Below the pieces are notes generated by a model that was not told the DNA's origin, made no database searches, and worked only from the letters and a program-made list of their open reading frames with translations. Both the position numbers and the translations under genes were made by a program. Source: an uncultured Bacilli bacterium (lineage in GTDB: Bacteria; Bacillota_I; Bacilli_A; RF39; UBA660). Taken from it: a stretch of DNA of 64,000 nt. The number at the start of each line of letters is the position of its first letter. The first letter of the stretch is position 1. Where the stretch lies: positions 96,863 through 160,862 of the forward strand of contig CAKOSO010000001.1 of NCBI GenBank assembly GCA_934102355.1, in the 5' to 3' direction. Positions 59,325-64,000 of the stretch are shown here, piece by piece.

Positions 59325-60470
59325 TTATGATTTACTCTTAAATCTTGCTATTATATTATTTATTACTATAAATAAAATTGAAAAACCAATTAGTACTAAT
59401 ATATTTATAACAATTTGTTGTATAGATTTTGTATTCATTACCTCTATCTTCTGTAATAAATCATTTGTATTTATAAACCAATATGATGGTAATATATGTG
59501 CAATATTTATTACAGATTGTGGTAAAAACTCTGTAGGAATAAAAGCACCACATAAAAATGCTTGACCTAACGCTACAATATTAACAACACCACCAACGGC
59601 ATTTTTATTATTTACAAGTGTAGATATCAAAAGTGCTAAAGAAAGAGAACAAAATGAAAATATAAATGAGTTTAATAAATAAAATAATCCTTTCAAATTT
59701 AAGAAATTTACTTTTAATATTATTACACCAAGAATTACATATATAAACCATACTAATACAGCATAACATAAACTTGCTAAAAGTATTAATCTATTATGTT
59801 TTTTATAATCCATACTACTAACAATTGTTCTAAGTTTTACTTCTTTTTTATTAAAACTTGCTAAGTTTAAACACACTATAAATAATATTACAGCCATAAT
59901 ACTATAACTTGCATAGTTAAAATATCTTGATACTTTTTCTTCTTTAGTTTGATCTAATTTAGAAGTTACTTCTACATTTACATTTTCACTTAAACTATCA
60001 TTTATAGATTCAATTAATTGATCTTCATCACTTATATACTTTCTATAAACATTTTGTACCTTTAAATATCTTTTTAGCATTATATCTGCTAATGAAGCAT
60101 CATAATTTCCAGTTGTCTTAATTTCTATTTCTGGAACCTCACCATTTAAAACTTCATTTCTATATCCATCTTTTATATAAATAACATAACTTACTTCTCT
60201 ATAGAATAATGCATCATCTAAAGCATCTTCATTATTTTTTAATGTAATTACTTTAGAATTATCTTTTATATAATCAATTAAATTCTTAGTTAATCCAACT
60301 TCTAAATCATTATTTACAATTACCACACTTGGTTTACTATTTGAAAATGTCGTATTGTTATTATTACTTGATATATTTATTCCACTAAATGACACTAATA
60401 ACACTGTATATAGAATTACTAACCATCTATATTTCTTAATTATTTTCCAAAATGTCTTAAATACTGTCAT
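59325..60470 (-). CDS. ABC-2 family transporter permease
   Basis: N-terminal TM helix, a large extracytoplasmic loop and a C-terminal 5-TM bundle typical of ABC-2 permeases. Overlaps the upstream permease gene. Confidence 0.55.
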   Translation of the reverse strand: MTVFKTFWKIIKKYRWLVILYTVLLVSFSGINISSNNNNTTFSNSKPSVVIVNNDLEVGLTKNLIDYIKDNSKVITLKNNEDALDDALFYREVSYVIYIKDGYRNEVLNGEVPEIEIKTTGNYDASLADIMLKRYLKVQNVYRKYISDEDQLIESINDSLSENVNVEVTSKLDQTKEEKVSRYFNYASYSIMAVILFIVCLNLASFNKKEVKLRTIVSSMDYKKHNRLILLASLCYAVLVWFIYVILGVIILKVNFLNLKGLFYLLNSFIFSFCSLSLALLISTLVNNKNAVGGVVNIVALGQAFLCGAFIPTEFLPQSVINIAHILPSYWFINTNDLLQKIEVMNTKSIQQIVINILVLIGFSILFIVINNIIARFKSKS

Positions 60471-61629
60471 ACTTTTGCCTCCTTAATCCATTTAGAGATA
60501 AAAGTATCATTATTACTGAAAATACCACTAAACTTATAACATCAAAATAATATCTATTTAACGTATTGTAATAATAAAGTGAATACAATCCATCTGTTAT
60601 CATACTAGCAGGATTTATTAAATTTATTATTGGTACATTTTTATCAATCACATACTTTAACACCATTCCTGTCATTCCTGATAAAGTACACCACAACATT
60701 GTTGTTGCTATTAAAATTCCTGTTTTAACATTTTCATTTGTTTTAAATAAAGTTGATAATGCAACTCCATATGATAAACTTGCTAATGAACCAGTTGCAA
60801 CTAATAATATTAAAAGTGGAAGATTCTTACCATAGTCTACTTTAAGAATAAATATTGTATATAAAATTAATATTGTCATTCCTATTATTTGCACCACATA
60901 ACTAGCAAGAAGACTTCCAAAAATCATTGTTAATTTACTAGTTTTTGACACTGAAGTTCTTTTTCCCACACTATCCATATTAGGTAGTTTTTTATTTGTT
61001 ATATACATTGAAATAAGTCCACCATATAAACATGCCATTGCAATAAGAGTATAATACTCTATCATAGTATAACTAATATTCTTATTAGTAGTATTTTTAA
61101 GTACTATATCACTTTCGTTTATGCTTTTATTAATATTTTTATATATCTTTTGATAATCTATCTCAGTACTTTCACTATTTTTTAACTCATTTTCAAATAG
61201 CTTTTCATACATCTTTTTATTACTATTTATCTCATCAACAGTAAGTCTTAAAACAGTTTCTTCTGTACCACTTGACGATACAGTTATATTTTCTTTATCA
61301 TCAAAAAACTCTATATACCCAACTATTTTATCATTACTTAGTAAATAATTACATTCATCTTTTGTTGTATATTTAATGTTATACATATAATTATCACTAT
61401 TTTTATCACTTAACTCTTTAAAAGTTTTTTTAAATATCTCATCACTATTAAATACTTCATTATCTACTATAGCTATATCTATAATTTGTAACTTTTCACT
61501 ACTTTCTATATTAGAAAAAGCCATATGAAAGAATGTTCCTAATATTATTGGAAAAGCAAAAGTCCAAAAAAGTAGTGCCTTACTTCTTAATAAAACTTTT
61601 AAAGAATACTTAAAATTATGAAAGAACAT
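60457..61629 (-). CDS. ABC-2 family transporter permease
   Basis: Same topology as the adjacent permease. Overlaps the ATPase gene stop by 1 nt. Confidence 0.55.
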   Translation of the reverse strand: MFFHNFKYSLKVLLRSKALLFWTFAFPIILGTFFHMAFSNIESSEKLQIIDIAIVDNEVFNSDEIFKKTFKELSDKNSDNYMYNIKYTTKDECNYLLSNDKIVGYIEFFDDKENITVSSSGTEETVLRLTVDEINSNKKMYEKLFENELKNSESTEIDYQKIYKNINKSINESDIVLKNTTNKNISYTMIEYYTLIAMACLYGGLISMYITNKKLPNMDSVGKRTSVSKTSKLTMIFGSLLASYVVQIIGMTILILYTIFILKVDYGKNLPLLILLVATGSLASLSYGVALSTLFKTNENVKTGILIATTMLWCTLSGMTGMVLKYVIDKNVPIINLINPASMITDGLYSLYYYNTLNRYYFDVISLVVFSVIMILLSLNGLRRQKYDSI

Positions 61630-62567
61630 TAATCTCTTAATCCCTTTCCTGTTAATTCTAGGAACACATCATTTAAAGTTGGTCTTTCTGAGAAAATTTT
61701 ATTATATATAACATTATTTTCTTTCAAGAAATCAATTAATTCTCCTAGATTGTTTTTGCCTTGTTTATATGTTATTACTAATGTATTATCATTAAATTTT
61801 ACATTATCTACTGTTTTTAATTTTTCAATTTTTTCAATTATTTTACTTTCAATATCACTTAACTCTATAGTTATTTTTTCTTCAATATTTGCTCTTTTCT
61901 TTAATTCATCAGATGTGCCTTCTGCAATTATTTTTCCTTTATCTAATATGATAATACGATCACAAAGTATTTCTACCTCTTCCATATAATGTGTCGTATA
62001 AAGAATAGTTGAACCACTTTCTCTTAACTTTTTAATTCCATCTAATATATTATTTCTACTTTGTGGATCAACTGCTACAGTTGGTTCATCTAAAAATATT
62101 AACTTTGGTTTATGAGCTATACCACACGCTATATTTAATCTTCTAAGTAATCCTCCAGATAATTGTTTTGGATAAAATTTCTTAAAATCATTTAAACCAA
62201 CTAATTCAATTGCATCTTCAATACACTTTTTTCTTTCTTTCTTATCTTTAATATAAAGTCCACAAAAATAATCTATATTTTCATAAACAGTTAACTCATC
62301 AAATACAGAAACTTCTTGGAAAATTACCCCTATTTTACTTTTAATATCATAAGAAGTTGGAGTCATCTCTTCTCCAAATATCTTAATACTTCCTTTTTGA
62401 AAATTCAGTAATGAGAGCAAACAATTAATTGTTGTTGTTTTACCACTACCATTTGGTCCTAAAAGTCCTAAAATCTCTCCTTCTTTAACTTCAAAAGATA
62501 AATCATCTATCGCTTTTACCTTTTTATATGATTTAGTTAAGTTTTTAACTTCTATTATATTATTCAT
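61629..62567 (-). CDS. ABC transporter ATP-binding protein (ABC-2 subfamily)
   Basis: Walker A GPNGSGKTT, signature LSGGLLRRL, Walker B LIFLDEPT and the H-loop. Confidence 0.9.
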   Translation of the reverse strand: MNNIIEVKNLTKSYKKVKAIDDLSFEVKEGEILGLLGPNGSGKTTTINCLLSLLNFQKGSIKIFGEEMTPTSYDIKSKIGVIFQEVSVFDELTVYENIDYFCGLYIKDKKERKKCIEDAIELVGLNDFKKFYPKQLSGGLLRRLNIACGIAHKPKLIFLDEPTVAVDPQSRNNILDGIKKLRESGSTILYTTHYMEEVEILCDRIIILDKGKIIAEGTSDELKKRANIEEKITIELSDIESKIIEKIEKLKTVDNVKFNDNTLVITYKQGKNNLGELIDFLKENNVIYNKIFSERPTLNDVFLELTGKGLRD

Positions 62568-62578
62568 ATTAATCCTTT

Positions 62579-63997
62579 CTAAATATTTATTTTCTTTATC
62601 TTTTTATTGCCATATTTTTTAAGTACATTCCACAAAACAATAGTAATAACTAATATTAATACTGTTGTTAATACAACCGACAAACTACATGATGTAATAT
62701 TTGATAACAATACTACACTTAATATAAGTAATATTGCAATAAGCATTCCTCCAAATACTGAAACCATCGAACTTGCACTTTGTTTTACTACTTCTGCATC
62801 TGATGTAGCATCCATCTTCGGATACTTTAAATTAATAATAAGTCCAAATATCGCTATTAACGTTGGCATAATAACTGTAACAACTAATGTTGTTATTATA
62901 AAAATAATGCTAGGTCTAAAGAAAATAAAGAAAATTACATCGCTTAAAAAAATTATCGGAATACTAATTAAATTACTACATAATATTTTCGAAAAAAATA
63001 TTTCTTTTGATGTTATTGGTAAACATTTTGTTATATTAAAACTTTTTCCCTCAATCGAAATTGATGAAGAAGTAATCTGTGTTAATGATGATGTTAATAC
63101 AACTAAACAATAAAATATTATTGGCATTAAATTCAATAATGTTTTACTTGAAATACCTAATCCTTGTCCTTCTGTTACTAAATTTACTACAGCATCTATA
63201 TTAATACACATTGCAATAGTTGCAATAAGCATTAAAACAAGTCCCACTAAAGTATTAAACATATATACATTTGAAGAAAAATATTTCTTTATTTCTTTTT
63301 TTACTAAAGCCTTTAAATGACTATTTTGTCTATATTCTAATTTTTTATTTTTATTTTTAATAGTAGAATACCCAGTTGATTTAGATATAATATTAAAATA
63401 ATATTTACTAATTATTAATATAGATAGCACTAATGGTACAATCGTTATACAAAGTAATTTTATTAAAGTTACAATATCAAATTTTTGAATCAAATTTAAA
63501 TATGCCCCAATTGGATAATAAACTTTAATTATTACATCATTTATACTAGTTGCCTTTGCTACAACATTTTTAATTATATTATTAGTATTTAATGACAAAT
63601 ACATAAGAAGTGCAAAGAAAATCATAGTTAACACCATTTGTGCTGCTTTTTTAGATTTAAAATTAACTGATATTTTCTTAATAATAAACCCAATAAAACT
63701 TGCAATTATCGTTGGAATAATTGGTATTAAAAAAGTCATTAAAATTGATATAAAATAAAAAGTTATTCCTGGATGTTCATAATAAATATAAATTGCATAC
63801 CCAGGTAATATAAATATTAAATTATATAGATATTGAAATATATATAATTTTATTAATCTTGCCATCACTATTGTTGATTTACTTATTGGTAATGAAAACA
63901 ATAAATCATTATCTTTATTTTCAAATAATATACCTTGTGATTTATAAATACCTTCAACTAATGTAAATAAAGTTGGTACCAAAAGTGATATGGTCAA
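62579..63997 (-). CDS. polytopic membrane protein (>=472 aa), possibly a further permease; may extend beyond window end
   Basis: More than 10 predicted TM helices. The ORF reaches within 3 nt of the window edge, so its N-terminus may be truncated. Confidence 0.5.
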   Translation of the reverse strand: MTISLLVPTLFTLVEGIYKSQGILFENKDNDLLFSLPISKSTIVMARLIKLYIFQYLYNLIFILPGYAIYIYYEHPGITFYFISILMTFLIPIIPTIIASFIGFIIKKISVNFKSKKAAQMVLTMIFFALLMYLSLNTNNIIKNVVAKATSINDVIIKVYYPIGAYLNLIQKFDIVTLIKLLCITIVPLVLSILIISKYYFNIISKSTGYSTIKNKNKKLEYRQNSHLKALVKKEIKKYFSSNVYMFNTLVGLVLMLIATIAMCINIDAVVNLVTEGQGLGISSKTLLNLMPIIFYCLVVLTSSLTQITSSSISIEGKSFNITKCLPITSKEIFFSKILCSNLISIPIIFLSDVIFFIFFRPSIIFIITTLVVTVIMPTLIAIFGLIINLKYPKMDATSDAEVVKQSASSMVSVFGGMLIAILLILSVVLLSNITSCSLSVVLTTVLILVITIVLWNVLKKYGNKKIKKINI

Positions 63998-64000
63998 TAA

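Noticed and set aside
2244-63113. Numerous 60-170 aa ORFs in the track lying antisense inside long conserved genes: 2244-2429, 3419-3667, 6011-6256, 7439-7690, 11708-11908, 12364-12573, 16456-16686, 21150-21626, 21693-21920, 23283-23483, 25674-25964, 29976-30221, 35379-35615, 38535-39041, 39375-39596, 40215-40418, 41280-41465, 44727-45023, 47477-47671, 55044-55256, 61750-61989, 62607-63113
   Set aside because: They fully overlap well-supported genes on the opposite strand, have low-complexity AT-codon-driven composition and lack RBSs. They are typical spurious antisense ORFs in an AT-rich genome. 35379-35615 specifically is the antisense of the two GG-leader peptide genes.

Overview
AT-rich, low-GC Firmicutes chromosomal segment, probably Clostridia-like: it carries a SpoIVFA/SpoIVFB-like pair, a SpoIIID-like HTH protein, mreCD and radC. 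Almost all genes are on the minus strand. The housekeeping backbone is: rbfA-infB-ylxR-nusA-rimP, obg, mtaB, hemW, lepA, glyQS (T-box), lexA, recG, pnp-rpsO, radC-mreC-mreD-spoIVFA/B-like, trmL, thrS (T-box), dnaI, rluB-like, tkt, tRNA-Leu, scpAB, two NifS/IscS-like genes and tRNA-Gly. Three accessory modules stand out. (1) A C39-peptidase/ABC (ComA/LagD-type) transporter, followed by two small ORFs that are absent from the ORF track and both encode double-glycine-leader peptides (candidate two-peptide bacteriocin), inserted between rluB and dnaI. (2) A tRNA-Gly-adjacent region holding two paralogous promoter-plus-terminator small-RNA-like elements and degraded ORF fragments. (3) A four-gene operon of large lineage-specific proteins under a perfect consensus sigma-A promoter: an ankyrin + ClpA/B-D1-like AAA+ ATPase, a transglutaminase-like Cys-protease-core protein, and two unknowns of 963 and 420 aa. 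Upstream of it lie small envelope proteins and an ABC-2 transporter. No CRISPR array, transposase or integrase was recognised. Several start codons were moved off the longest ORF to RBS-supported internal ATGs.
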